NCBI GenBank assembly: GCA_010909165.1
Contig: MU008158.1
Coordinates: 2,939,478 to 3,003,477 of the forward strand
Direction: 5' to 3'
DNA length: 64,000 nucleotides
From: Anthoceros angustus
Taxonomy: Eukaryota; Plantae; Anthocerotophyta
Shown: piece after piece, positions 1 to 13,138 of the stretch
How the letters are laid out: each line of letters starts with the position of its first letter
How positions within the stretch are numbered: the stretch's first letter is position 1
The notes under the pieces: generated by a model
The model's database searches: none
What the model was told of the DNA's origin: nothing
The model's input: the letters and a program-made list of their open reading frames with translations, nothing else
Position numbers and translations under genes: made by a program

Positions 1-876
1 GGGGACGGCAATCACATGATTTTGTGTATGTCAAGTTTTAGCGTCGATGTGCAAGCCATGGTGCCGCAGTGTGAAGCGGAAACGGGGTTTGAGTTTGGGG
101 AATGCGATTCGGGAATGTTTTGTCCACACGTGGTGGTGGACCGGTGGCTATGAGCCAACGGTCAATGTCACATGGCATGGACTAGAGGCGGTTACATATG
201 AACTACACCATATGTTTTCCAATACTTTATTAGCGAGAAATGTATTCATCAGCATATACTTTGTACCTTGGGGATGTATATTTGAATAATATTATTCCAT
301 GTATTTTACATGAATAACCCTAAGGCCCACAAAGTGAGCCGCTAGTGATGCATTCTCCAATTGTGTAACATGACGGTGTACACTTTTCCATATGCCGGTT
401 GTAAAGGTAGCTTTGGTCGTAATGTATCCCAAAAGTGACACGATTGAAATAAAGCCTAAATAAATGTTCTAGTCCGCACGCCATAAATTTATAAGGATCT
501 CTACTTTTCTCCCGAATGCCTCTTTTGTTTAACCATGAGACATCGAGGTGTGGAAATATTGCCAATAAATTTCAAGTTTTGATGAAGTGGAATGGGTTTG
601 GGTGTCTGCGTTGTATTTTTAGCGGCCGTTTCCCACAAACCCTCAAAATCAACGTTCCGAGTTTTCTTAAGTGCAAATTTTGATGACATATTTGGCCCGT
701 CTCCGGAAAGTGGAGTGTGTCACTAGCCCTAAGGAGACCCTGTTGAAGGGTAAGAGTTGGAGCCTTCACCTATAAGTTCAACATGCAGGCACACACTTGG
801 ATACAATTATGTGTGTGCAGATCGCAGCTACTTGTGGTTGAATGTGCAGGTGCTCATGTGTTGGTGTGGGTCTGCA

Positions 877-1169
877 CACTATAAGAAAATGAGGGTTTTT
901 ACAACAGTTTTTACAACAGGTGTTACAACGCGGCGTTGTAAAACGGCGCAACAACGCCGTTGTAGACCGAAAGCTTCATGACGTTGTAAAATTGCTGACA
1001 TGGCCAGTTCCAGCGCCATGTCATTAAAGTGGTGATATGGTGCCACATCACCGCCACATGTGCAACCCTCGCGCGGGGACAAAAGAGTCCTTCAACCGGC
1101 CAAGGTCATCAAGGATCCATGTTGGCGTTGGCGAGTGCTTGCTTCGATAGAAGGTTTGGAGGGGCCATG
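877..1169 (+). mobile_element. CACTA (En/Spm) left terminus, array copy 1
   Basis: CACTATAAGAAAA, matching the En/Spm TIR type CACTACAAGAAAA, followed by subterminal TTTACAAC/GTTGTAAA motifs in both orientations. Confidence 0.8.
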
Positions 1170-2368
1170 CAATGCCACGCGAATGAAGGTTGCAGAGGAG
1201 GCCGCCGACCGGGAGCGGGGAGTGGAAGTGAAGGAGGAGGCGGTAAGCACTTACCTCTGTACCTTTTCGCTTGAGAGTTGAGCATGGTTGTCGCATGCAC
1301 TAACGGGCTGTTCATTGTGGCGAGACAGTGATGGGGACACCCTTGGCAAACCGGAGGAGCACTTGGAGATAGGAGCGTGAAGTGGGTTACCTAGGTTTTT
1401 TTGCAAGCGATCCGTAGACTAGAAGCGGGGCGGGAGGAAGAGAAAGGGAGGGAGAGGGGTTGGATGCTTCGTAGCTTTCGTGGCTTCACCGGGTCGAGTT
1501 GGGGACGGCAATCACATGATTTTGTGTATGTCAAGTTTTAGCGTCGATGTGCAAGCCATGGTCCGCCAAGTGTGAAGCGGAAACGGGGTTTTGAGTTTGG
1601 GGAATGCGATTCGGGAATGTTTTGTCCACATCGGACACCGGTGGCTATGAGCCAACGGTCAATGTCACATGGCATGGACTAGAGGCGGTTACATGTGAAC
1701 TACACCATAGCGGTTTTCCAATACTTTATTAGCGAGAAATGTATTCATCAGATATACTTTGTACCTTGGGGATGTATATTTGAATAATATTATTCCATGT
1801 ATTTTACATGAATAACCCTAAGGCCCACAAACAAAGGAGCCGCTAGTGATGCATTCTCCCAATTGTGTAACATGACGGTGTACACTTTTCCATATGCCGC
1901 TTTGTAAAGGTAGCTTTGGTCGTAATGTATCCCAAAAGTGACACGATTGAAATAAAGCCTAAATAAATGTTCTAGTCTTACGCCATAAATTTATAAGGAT
2001 CTCTACTTTTCTCCCGAATGCCTCTTTTGTTTAACCATGAGACATCGAGGTGTGGAAATATTGCCAATAAATTTCAAGTTTTGATGAAGTGGAATGGGTT
2101 TGGGTGTCTGCGTTGTATTTTTAGCCGCTTTCCCACAAACCCTCAAAATCAACGCCCGAGTTTTCTTAAGTGCAAATTTTGATGACATATTTGGCCTGCC
2201 TCCTAAAGTGGAGTGTGTCACTAGCCCTAAGGAGACCTGTTGAAGGGTAAGAGTTGGAGCCTTCACCTATAAGTTCAACATGCACACACACTTGGATACA
2301 ATTATGTGTGCGATCGCAGCCTACTTGTGGTTGAATGTGCAGTGCTCATGTGTTGGTGTGGGTCCGCA

Positions 2369-2790
2369 CACTATAAGAAAATGAGGGTTTTACAGCTTTT
2401 ACAATGTGTTACAACGCGTTGTAAACGCGCAACAACGCCGCTGTAGACCGAAAGCTTCATGACGTTGTAAAATTGCCGACATGGCCGCCGCCATGTCATT
2501 AAAGTGGTGATATGGTGCCACATCACGCCACATGTGCAACCCTCGCTGGGACAAAAGAGTCCTTCAACCGGCCAAGGTCATCAAGGATCCATGTTGGCGT
2601 TGGCGAGTGCTTGCTTCGATAGAAGGTTTGGAGGGGCCATGAGGTAGGGTTTTGATGGGGAGGTCAACCCATCATGCAAGGTCGATCACTTCCTCTTCTG
2701 TGTGAGGAAGGAGTGTTAGTCTCGCGTGAAAACAGCTTTGAAGTGCGAATTAGGTTGGTAGATGTGGTTTGGATAGGCGTAGTGTGCTCC
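2369..2790 (+). mobile_element. CACTA left terminus, array copy 2
   Basis: CACTATAAGAAAA at 2369 followed by the same subterminal motifs. Confidence 0.8.
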
Positions 2791-4165
2791 CGTGGGAGGT
2801 AGGAAAAAGCCAAGGGGAAGAGGACTATAGGATAGCGAAGGAGGGGTTCTGGAGGCGAAACGAAGGGTGCAGCAACTCCAGCAGTGTCGCGGAGGAAGGA
2901 GGGTGAAGGAAGAGCACGAGGACTGTCCGGTCCCAAAGAATTGTTTAGAGCTTCCGTGACCTTGCATGCCGTGAGTCCATGCAAGCTTACGAATGAAGGT
3001 TGCTGCAGAGGAGGCTGTCGCCGGGAGCGGGAGCTGGGTGGAAGTGAAGGAGGAGGCGGTGGCACTTACCTCTACCTTTTCGCGAGTTGAGCATGGTTGT
3101 CGCATGCACTAACGGGCTGTTCATTGTGGCGAGACAGTGATGGGGACACCCTTGGCAAACCGGAGGAGCACTTGGAGATAGGAGCGTGAAGTGGGTTACC
3201 TAGGTTTTTTGCAAGCGATCAGACTAGAAGCGGGGCGGGAGGAAGAGAAAGGGAGGGAGAGGGGTTGGATGCTTCGTAGCTTTCTCGTGGCTTCACCGGG
3301 TCGAGTTGGGGACGGCAATCACATGATTTTGTGTATGTCAAGTTTTAGCGTCGATGTGCAAGCCATGTCGCTGAAGTGTGAAGCGGAAGCAGGGGTTTTG
3401 AGTTTGGGGAATGCGATTCGGAATGTTTTGTCCGTCACGGACGGTAGGTGGCTATGAGCCAACGGTCAATGTCACATGGCATGGACTAGAGGCGGTTACA
3501 TGTGAACTACACCATAGCGGTTTTCCAATACTTTATTAGCGAGAAATGTATTCATCAGCATATACTTTGTACCTTGGGGATGTATATTTGAATAATATTA
3601 TTCCATGTATTTTACATGAATAACCCTAAGGCCCACAAAGTGAGCCGCTAGTGATGCATTCTCCAATTGTGTAACATGACGGTGTACACTTTTCCATATG
3701 CCGGTTGTAAAGGTAGCTTTGGTCGTAATGTATCCCAAAAGTGACACGATTGAAATAAAGCCTAAATAAATGTTCTAGTCGCCATAAATTTATAAGGATC
3801 TCTACTTTTCTCCCGAATGCCTCTTTTGTTTAACCATGAGACATCGAGGTGTGGAAATATTGCCAATAAATTTCAAGTTTTGATGAAGTGGAATGGGTTT
3901 GGGTGTCTGCGTTGTATTTTTAGCGGCCGTTTCCCACAAACCCTCAAAATCAACGTTAGAGTTTTCTTAAGTGCAAATTTTGATGACATATTTGGCCTGC
4001 CTCCTAAAGTGGAGTGTGTCACTAGCCCTAAGGAGACCTGAAGGGTAAGAGTTGGAGCCTTCACCTATAAGTTCAACATGCAGCACACACTTGGATACAA
4101 TTATGTGTGTGCGGATTATACTTGTGGTTGAATGTGCAGTGCTCATGTGTTGGTGTGGGTCCGCA

Positions 4166-4787
4166 CACTATAAGAAAATGAGGGTTTTACAGCTTTTACA
4201 ATGTGTTACAACGCGCGTTGTAAAGCAGGCGCAACGCCGTTGTAGACCGAAAGCTTCATGACGTTGTAAAATTGCGACATGGCCGCCGCCATGTCATTAA
4301 AGTGGTGATATGGTGCCACATCACGCCACATGTGCAACCTCGCTGGGACAAAGAGTCCTTCAACCGCCAAGGTCATCAAGGATCCATGTTGGCGTTGGCG
4401 GTGCTTGCTTGCCGATAGAAGGTTTGAGGGGCCATGAGGTAGGGTTTTGATGGGGAGGTCAACCCATCATGCAAGGTCGATCACTTCCTCTTCCGTGAGG
4501 AAGGAGTGTTAGTCTCATGAAAATGTACTTTGAAGTGCGAATTAGGTTGGTAGATGTGGTTTGGATAGGCGAGTGTGTCTGTGAGGAAGTAGGGAATTGC
4601 GCAGTCAAATTTTGATCGCCTCGTGTTTTGGCATTGTGAGGTCTTTTATGAACTTGACCATCATTGCGCTCCTCCTCTACATACCTCACAATAACAAAAC
4701 ATAAAAATCGCTCGGTTTAATTGTAATGGCATCTCGGACATTCCAAATAAGTGAAGGAATGGTTTTTGTGATGTGTTGTTCATGAAC
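4166..4787 (+). mobile_element. CACTA left terminus, array copy 3
   Basis: CACTATAAGAAAA at 4166; 620 bp of element sequence before the array junction at ~4787. Confidence 0.8.
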
Positions 4788-6353
4788 CACCTCGTATCAC
4801 AAGGGAGGATGTGGAGCGAGCCAAGGCGGAGAAGGATGGAAGTTGCCCATCCAGGACTTGTGTGGAGGCCATTTGGGTCTCACTGCAAAGTGGGCGGGGA
4901 AAGACGGTATGGTGGCCATCTCCTTCCATGCAGAGGTGGCGGTGGCATCGAGATTTTCCAGATGCCGCAGTGAGGTAGGAAAAAGCCAAGGGGTGGAAGA
5001 GGACTATAGGATAGCGAAGGAGGGGTTCCCGGAGGCGAAACGAAGGGTGCAGAACTCCCAGTGTCACAGAGGAAGGAGGGTGAAGGAAGAGCTCGAGGAC
5101 TGTCCGGTCCCAAAGAATTGTTTAGAGCTTCCGTGACCTTGCATGCCGTGAGTCCATGCAATGCCACGCGAATGAAGGTTGCAGAGGAGGCCGCCGACCG
5201 GGAGCGGGGAGTGGAAGTGAAGGAGGAGGCGGTAAGCACTTACCTCTACCTTTTCGCTTGAGAGTTGAGCATGGTTGTCGCATGCACTAACGGGCTGTTC
5301 ATTGTGGCGAGACAGTGATGGGGACACCCTTGGCAAACCGGAGGAGCACTTGGAGATAGGAGCGTGAAGTGGGTTACCTAGGTTTTTTTGCAAGCGATCC
5401 GTAGACTAGAAGCGGGGCGGGAGGAAGAGAAAGGGAGGGAGAGGGGTTGGATGCTTCGTAGCTTTCGTGGCTTCACCGGGTCGAGTTGGGGACGGCAATC
5501 ACATGATTTTGTGTATGTCAAGTTTTAGCGTCGATGTGCAAGCCATGGTCCGCCAAGTGTGAAGAAACGGGGTTTTGAGTTTGGGGAATGCGATTCGGGA
5601 ATGTTTTGTCCACATCGGACACCGGTGGCTATGAGCCAACGGTCAATGTCACATGGCATGGACTAGAGGCGGTTACATGTGAACTACACCATAGCGGTTT
5701 TCCAATACTTTATTAGCGAGAAATGTATTCATCAGATATACTTTGTACCTTGGGGATGTATATTTGAATAATATTATTCCATGTATTTTACATGAATAAC
5801 CCTAAGGCCCACAAACAAAGGAGCCGCTAGTGATGCATTCTCCCAATTGTGTAACATGACGGTGTACACTTTTCCATATGCCGCTTTGTAAAGGTAGCTT
5901 TGGTCGTAATGTATCCCAAAAGTGACACGATTGAAATAAAGCCTAAATAAATGTTCTAGTCTTACGCCATAAATTTATAAGGATCTCTACTTTTCTCCCG
6001 AATGCCTCTTTTGTTTAACCATGAGACATCGAGGTGTGGAAATATTGCCAATAAATTTCAAGTTTTGATGAAGTGGAATGGGTTTGGGTGTCTGCGTTGT
6101 ATTTTTAGCCGCTTTCCCACAAACCCTCAAAATCAACGCCCGAGTTTTCTTAAGTGCAAATTTTGATGACATATTTGGCCTGCCTCCTAAAGTGGAGTGT
6201 GTCACTAGCCCTAAGGAGACCTGTTGAAGGGTAAGAGTTGGAGCCTTCACCTATAAGTTCAACATGCACACACACTTGGATACAATTATGTGTGCGATCG
6301 CAGCCTACTTGTGGTTGAATGTGCAGGTGCTCATGTGTTGGTGTGGGTCCGCA

Positions 6354-6987
6354 CACTATAAGAAAATGAGGGTTTTACAGCTTTTACAATGTGTTACAAC
6401 GCGTTGTAAACGCGCAACAACGCCGCTGTAGACCGAAAGCTTCATGACGTTGTAAAATTGCCGACATGGCCGCCGCCATGTCATTAAAGTGGTGATATGG
6501 TGCCACATCACCGCCACATGTGCAACCCTCGCGCGGGGACAAAAGAGTCCTTCAACCGGCCAAGGTCATCAAGGATCCATGTTGGCGTTGGCGAGTGCTT
6601 GCTTCGATAGAAGGTTTGGAGGGGCCATGAGGTAGGGTTTTGATGGGGAGGTCAACCCATCATGCAAGGTCGATCACTTCCTCTTCTGTGTGAGGAAGGA
6701 GTGTTAGTCTCGCGTGAAAACTGCTTTGAAGTGCGAATTAGGTTGGTAGATGTGGTTTGGATAGGCGTAGTGTGCTCCGTAGGAAGTAGGGAATTGCGCA
6801 AGCTGAAATTTGATCGCTTCCTGTGTTTTGGCATTGTGAGGTCTTTTATGAACTTGACCATCATTGCGCTCCTCCTCTACATACCTCACAATAACAAAAC
6901 ATAAAAATCGCTCAGTTTAATTGTAATGGCATCTCGGACATTCCAAATAAGTGAAGGAATGGTTTTTTGTGATGTGTTGTTCATGAA
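6354..6987 (+). mobile_element. CACTA left terminus, array copy 4 (continues into unique sequence; right end not found)
   Basis: CACTATAAGAAAA at 6354. No matching TAGTG end with TSD was found downstream. Confidence 0.75.
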
Positions 6988-7754
6988 CTTGCTCACTCAA
7001 CCAGCCGTGCTCAATGTAAGATTGAGTGCCACGACAAAAGGGGATATTGTGCCGTTCCGCACGACAAACGAGCACAGATCCAAGTGGTCACCAAAAGTCA
7101 AAATATGCTAAAATTGTAAACCATGGGCATAGAAGGCAGGTGCCTTAAAGGGAAAATACCACAATGCAAGCCGTTGCATGATATTCCGAATAAACTAGAA
7201 CCCTAATTACTAGAGTGTCATGTTCCTTGAATCATTGTGGAGAACTCGGGGACGAACTTGACAAGCGGGAACACGAAGGGAGCATTGCGAATGGCCTCGT
7301 ATGGGAAGGAGCATGGCATGCAGATATGTTGCATGTAGGCGTGATATGCCCTAAAGTTGCGCCCCGTCACTTTGTGATGATCGCTTCTCCCATCCCGCCT
7401 AAGTCGTCAGAATATTTATTTAAGATTTCCATCGCAATGAGGAGATTAAATATAAGGGGATAAAAGTACATGGTCCTTGGATCATGGTACGAAATACCAT
7501 GCTCCAAGGACGCACGATATTCCGAATTATAGTCACTAATATCAGAGTAATGCACGACTCGGTGTCCCAATTCCGCAAAACAAAAAGTAGTAAGAACCAC
7601 TTCAAGCAAGTGTAAGTGTTTCGCAAGAACTAGTTAAGGTAGATTTTTTTTTGTTTCTTTTTCCTACGGGATATGGGGAAATGGGATGAGACAGAAAACT
7701 AGTAGGGAAATTAGGTGTTGACCCGTGCTTGAGGCAGCGGTAAGGGTGAGTTAC

Positions 7755-7979
7755 ACGAGGCGGCGGTGAGGGGGACTTGCACGAGGCGGTGGTGAGGGGG
7801 ACTTGCATGAGGCGGCGGTGAGGGGGACTTGCGCGAGGTGGCGGTGAGGGGGACTTGCGCGACGGCAGTGAGGGGGACTTATGCGAGGCGCCAGTGAAGG
7901 GAACTTGCGCAAAGTGGCGGTGAGGGGAACTTGCACGAGGCGACTGTGAGGGGCTCTTGCACGAGGCAGCGGTGAGGGA
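7755..7979. repeat. 26-bp GC-rich minisatellite, ~9 degenerate copies
   Basis: Consensus approximately cgaggcggcggtgagggggacttgca repeated head to tail. Confidence 0.9.
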
Positions 7980-8699
7980 TGGGAGACAGTTTGCTGCACG
8001 ACATCGTAGACATCAGGCTTGCTGTAGTTCGTGGTTAGAGTATCTTCGAGTGTCTGCTGCCTTTAGGTCTGCTGAGCGTTGATGCCCAAACATGCCAGGA
8101 AACAGCCTTCCAAGCTATGGTCGGAATTGGAACGGCTCTTTGATTGATTTTGTGGTTTTGCTGCTGGGGGCTTGGTCATTTGAAAATTGCATGACTGTGG
8201 GATGAAGCGTGCAATGTGATTGACATATATCCAATGTTAACACATCAAGATCAGACTAGTTGCGACTTCGAAGAGCAAGGTGTGACTGTGTATGTAAGGA
8301 CAGATGCATTCAAATCTGCTCGTTCTGTATTTGGTGAGTTTTGTTGAAGTGGAGTGTGCTTGGAAGCAATGACGCGAGCTGTCCCGTTTTTTGAGTGCCT
8401 GCATGTTTTTTGAATGGCATTGAACTAGCACATCATGTACTCTACTGCGGTTGTGTGATGCCAAACAGGAGCGCCTTGCTTTGCGTTGTGCTTTCCAATT
8501 CCATGCAGGATAGGATATACAATTGATGGACGACTGGTTGGACTGCGACTGCTCTATACAGGGCTAACATATCCATCATCTCATTCACATATGCTACATT
8601 TGAACCTAATGCATGCATCTAGGGCTAACAAATAGGGCTTCAGTATAGCAACTTGTTTGATGCACGGCTAAACCTATTTGACATATGTGCAAGACTGGG

Positions 8700-9000
8700 T
8701 TGTGATTGTTGCTGTTGAATCTGGTGTATGCTGCTGAACCTAGTACATGCTGTTGAATCTGCTGATGAAGCATGTGCTGAATCTAGTACATGTTGTTGAA
8801 TCTGCTGATGAAGCATGTGCTGAATCTAGTACATGTTATTGAATCTGTTGTTGAATCTGCTAGTGCTTATTGCTAAATCTGTTGCTACTTATTACTGAAT
8901 CTGCTACTACTTGTTGCTGAATCTGTTGCTGCTTGTTGCTGCTTGTTGCTATATTTGCTTTTGCTTGTTGCTGAATCTGCTATTGACTGTTGCTGAACCG
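8700..9000. repeat. Degenerate tgctgaatc/tgttgaatc repeats, including a ~43-bp direct duplication
   Basis: tgttgaatctgctgatgaagcatgtgctgaatctagtacatg occurs twice, with many shorter ctgaatc units. Confidence 0.75.
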
Positions 9001-10193
9001 TCCTCGTATTGTCTTCCAAATCTTGCCCCCGTATCGTCCTCATGAGATGTCGACACGTGCCAAGTTCATGTGCCAGAGCATGATGATATCGCAATGGTGT
9101 CGTACTTTCGTAGAGTATGTACATGTACCGTATAAGGTGTTTGCCTTGCTAAAAATATCCGCCGAAGCCCTAGTCTCCGCCCCAGTGTCATCCATGAATG
9201 CGCGGATAATATTGCTACCATAATATTATCTAACATAACCTTGACAATCAGCAATAGCAAAAAAATGTTAGATGTCCTAATACTGTGCTCAAAGGATTTA
9301 TGATACCAATATGATAGATAAATTCATGCTTTTGATTGCACACAAGGGACCTAACATACCCTATAAAAATGGAGTTATTAGAATTTCAAGTACCTGTTAT
9401 TTACCTTTAACATATGTGTAGAGTATTATATTTATATCAACATATGTATAGAGTACATGACATAATGAAGATCAAGTTAACAACTTTCAAAATTGAACAC
9501 ATTCTATTAAAATATAATTTTTAAAGTTTTAATTATTTGTTATACATCACTTTACATGTTACCGAGATCAAGTTCAATATCATCGAAATTATGCTAAGCT
9601 CAAGGCTATATATGCGTAAGTGTTTAGTGATAATTGAGTAAAGATGTGAAGTGCCTTCTTCTAGTCCCAAAGTATGGTCTACTTTCCAATTCTTTTGTCT
9701 GTTTAGTAGCATTGTAAACTTTGACAGGGGTCGTATACACCTAGGTCTTTTAAGGTACCAATGAAGATATGGATAGCCTCTCTTGGTTACACTGGATGTG
9801 AAGGATGTGTACCTTCCAACGAACTTGACTGAGCATTTCGTGGGCCTTTTGACAAGGAAAGGCCTTAGAGCCTCCGAAGGACCAAGAATCCAACGAGGTT
9901 GGCGAGCTTGCAAGCTCCTCCAGTTCTTGCTTTGACGAGATCAGGAGGGGAATCACCTCATCTAACTTGACCCTCAGCCAGGTACCTTGTCTATTTCGCA
10001 ATTTAGGGCAATAAGCATGACCTTGAACCCGTCCGTGCCTGTGTCAATGGTCCTAGCGCTGATGGTGGAAGGGAATGTTGTAACTAATTGGTGCATTCTG
10101 GTTGTTGTCATCCTCCCTTGCAGCGCTCTCGCCCACGCCGCCGTTAGGCTCTATTTTTCACGAGCTTCCCTGTTACTTTAGTCTGAAAGTGAC

Positions 10194-13138
10194 ATGGAGG
10201 GGCAGGTTACCGGTGCTTATGAGGAACAAGAGAAGGTGGCTGCTTTCATGGAGATTCTAGGCGAGCCAGCAGATCGGGCGCACCAGTTTTTGCAGGTGAG
10301 TTGGCTGGGTTTTAGCTAGGACGATATAATAATGACCAGATCTGCTGGTTTCGAGGCCCAATTCCTAGATAGCTTCTTGGTGACTCGTTTGGTGACAGTT
10401 CAGTCCTAGCGTTGCCTCTGTTTTCTCCTCACCTGCAAGGTATGGTCTGTATTTGCTGTGTCCGGGTTGAATCCCTCCTAAGACTTGCCGATTTCTGCTC
10501 AATCTGCCCAACATTCCTGCGGTTGGCAACTGCATCACGATTAACTTGTTCCTTTCGTTTCTTTGACCTCCCTCATTTTCTCGGTGTCATTGGGTTGTGA
10601 AAAACCTGTACCTCCCACCCTGATTGCTCTCGCTGTGTTCCAAGGACCCAGCTTGAACAGAAAGTGGTTCTCGCTTATTCAGGGTGGGAAGCCCTTGCTT
10701 GTAAGTACGGATTTCCTTCAGGCCTAATCCTTGCGCTGAGTTCCCATGCTTCCTTTTCTGTCTCTTTGCAAGGCAACAAGCTGGCAGCTTGAAGAAGCAT
10801 TTCAGCTCTATTTTGCGGGAGGAGTTATTGAAGGTGGATCTGGTAGTGTCCCACCTCCAGTCCCATATTCTGGTCTCTCATCTTCTGGGCTTTCTGGATC
10901 ACCGTCTCCACCGGAACAACCTTCCATCCAAAATACTGCATCTGAAAGGTTGAATTCTATGGTCCTCATCGCTTGTGGCAGCTTATGCCTTTTCTTCCAG
11001 TCGTATACTGAAATTCTTCTAAACACCGAGGTGAACCTTGCAGTTTGAAATCCAATCTTGAAGAGTACGTACGTCCTCCTCTGCCTGTCAAACGAGAAGC
11101 TCTGTATGACAACGTTTTACAGTATAGGTATCCCTTTGTGCCATTTCATGCTTATTTCTTGTCAGCATGTGTTTTCCATACTTTTTATCAGTATCTGCCA
11201 GCCTCAATCGGCTGCCATGTCCATGAAGCTAGTTGCTTGAATTCAGGGGGCATGAGGTGGGCAAGACATTAAATCAACCCGGGTCTGTGGATGCTTTTCG
11301 AAATTTTGAAGATGAGGCTGCTCAGCAATCAAGATGGGGGGCAGAGACAAGTGGGAACAACTTGTCTGCTCCTGCAGTAGTAAAGGACTCATTGGCTGCC
11401 ATGTACCGACCACCGTTTGTGCTGATGTTCACAGGAACATTTGAGCAGGTGATTCTTTGTTGGTTTTTGATCTGGTGAACAACTTGATTGTTATGTCTGT
11501 AATGATGAGAGATCTTTACTTAGAAGATGCTTCATTTTATGCCTGAAATGTTCATCAATTCATTGTCCAGGCAAAAGCTGAGGCTGCAAGGCAAGAAAAG
11601 TGGTTGCTTGTAAACTTGCAATCTACCAAGGAGTTCTCGAGCTACACGGTATCACATCTGTTCACCGTGTTTCCTCATATTCTGATGCTGGCAGAGGAAA
11701 AGTGACCACCACTGGCGACGATCAATGCTAGTTCAAGTGCTTGCCTAGGACTGACTGCCTGATTTGACAACCTGTGTTTTCAGCTAAATCGAGACACATG
11801 GGCTCACGAAGCTGTGAAAGATACAGTGGGAATGTCATTTGTCTTCTGGCAGGTATAGTGAATACGTTCGAATACCTTCAAACGGTCTTCCATATTACGT
11901 TCCATGTTCTGGGTTCTGCGGTTCAGATTTGAAGTGTGCTACAGGTAACAAGAGGTAGATTATGAAAGTTGTTGTTGAAACTGTACAGGTATATGATGAT
12001 GCTGATGAAGGGAAAAAGGTTTGTACATTCTACAAGTTAGCAGCAATGCCTACAACTTTAGTTCTGGATCCAATCACAGGACAGAAGATGCGGTCGTGGG
12101 AAGGAATGATTGGCCCAGATCGTCTGCTTGAGGTGAAGGCTTGTCAATGCGTCATAGAATGGGAACATGAAGAGGCTTTGTTGTTGCCCTTTTCTTGTTC
12201 ACAGAAAACTCAATTGACGTCCATGTGGTCAGTGAGCAAGGTGTTGTGCTTTTTGGTTCAAGGGTGTATGACAAGTGATGGAATATGTGGCAGGATCTTG
12301 TCCCCTTTCTCGACATGGGGCCATGTGACAAGCAGGTGCCTTCGATCACTCCTCAGAAGAGGGCTAGAGAATCTGCCTGTCAAGTGTCTGACACTTCTGC
12401 AGGTCCTACTTTTCAGAAAAATTCTTGTACGTCTGAGGATGATTGACTTGAAGCTATTGGTTTTGGCTGCAGCTAGTTGTTGAGTTCACTGTGTTTCCTG
12501 GTTGCCATACCCTTGACGTGCTCTGATTAAGTTGGCCTGCCTGTAGATCGTGATGGAGGCCTCCAAAATAACTATGAGAATCTTCGGCAAACTTCAGCGG
12601 AAGAACATGAAGTACGTCGCGATGAGGAAGAGAAGGGGCGACCTTTTCAAGCTACTGAGTCATCAACAAAAAACACGTGCTTGGAAGACTTTGGCCAACT
12701 ATCTGATCTCCCTGAAGAACCTGCAGCTGACACTCCCACGGCATGCAGAGTAGCTTTTCGTTTTCCTGATGGCAAGAGGAGTCAAAGGAGATTCCTTCTC
12801 ACGGATCCTGTGATGGTACGCGGTCTCAGAAACTCCAAGTCTGCAACGTGAATGACTGAAATGGTTTACTGTCGATTTTCATCAGCATGTTTTCAACTCA
12901 ATGTGAGGTCTGCTCGGGTCTAGGCATTTTCAGGGCTGATAAGTTAAATGTGGCATCTTGTGGAACGTGGCAGCATCTCTGGTCATTTTGCCGTAGCCAG
13001 GTACAGGGAGCTGAAGGACGCGCTTTTCGCCTTACACATTCTGTACCAGGCGCATCTGACGCGTTGCATCACAGCTCAAGTTTGACCATGCTGGAGGCAG
13101 GGGTTGCAAACTCAATGCTGGTGATGACATGGCTTTAG
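10194..13138 (+). CDS. PUX7: Plant UBX-domain protein (PUX7-like; UBA-like, UAS and UBX domains), multi-exon
   Basis: Exon 1 (10194-10295) MEGQVTG...RAHQFLQ splices to ATSWQLEEAFQLYF at 10773. Later exons encode WLLVNLQSTKEFSS, LNRDTW, VYDD..EGKKVCTFYKL..MP..LVLDPITGQKMRSWEGMI and a C-terminal UBX (VAFRFPDGKRSQRRFLLTD...TMLEAGVANSMLVMTWL*). Introns are GT-AG. Confidence 0.92.

Larger units (their letters stand above)
1..6987. repeat. Tandem array of ~4 units (full unit ~2.2 kb; two units shortened by internal deletions); each unit = flanking DNA plus a CACTA left terminus
   Basis: The motif ggggacggcaatcacatgattttgtg recurs at 1, 1501, ~3308 and ~5488. The last unit diverges into unique sequence after gttgttcatgaac at ~6987. 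Copies differ mostly by small indels. Confidence 0.95.

Noticed and set aside
8861-8865. TAGTG as the right end of the CACTA starting at 6354
   Set aside because: No matching TIR extension, subterminal motifs or TSD.
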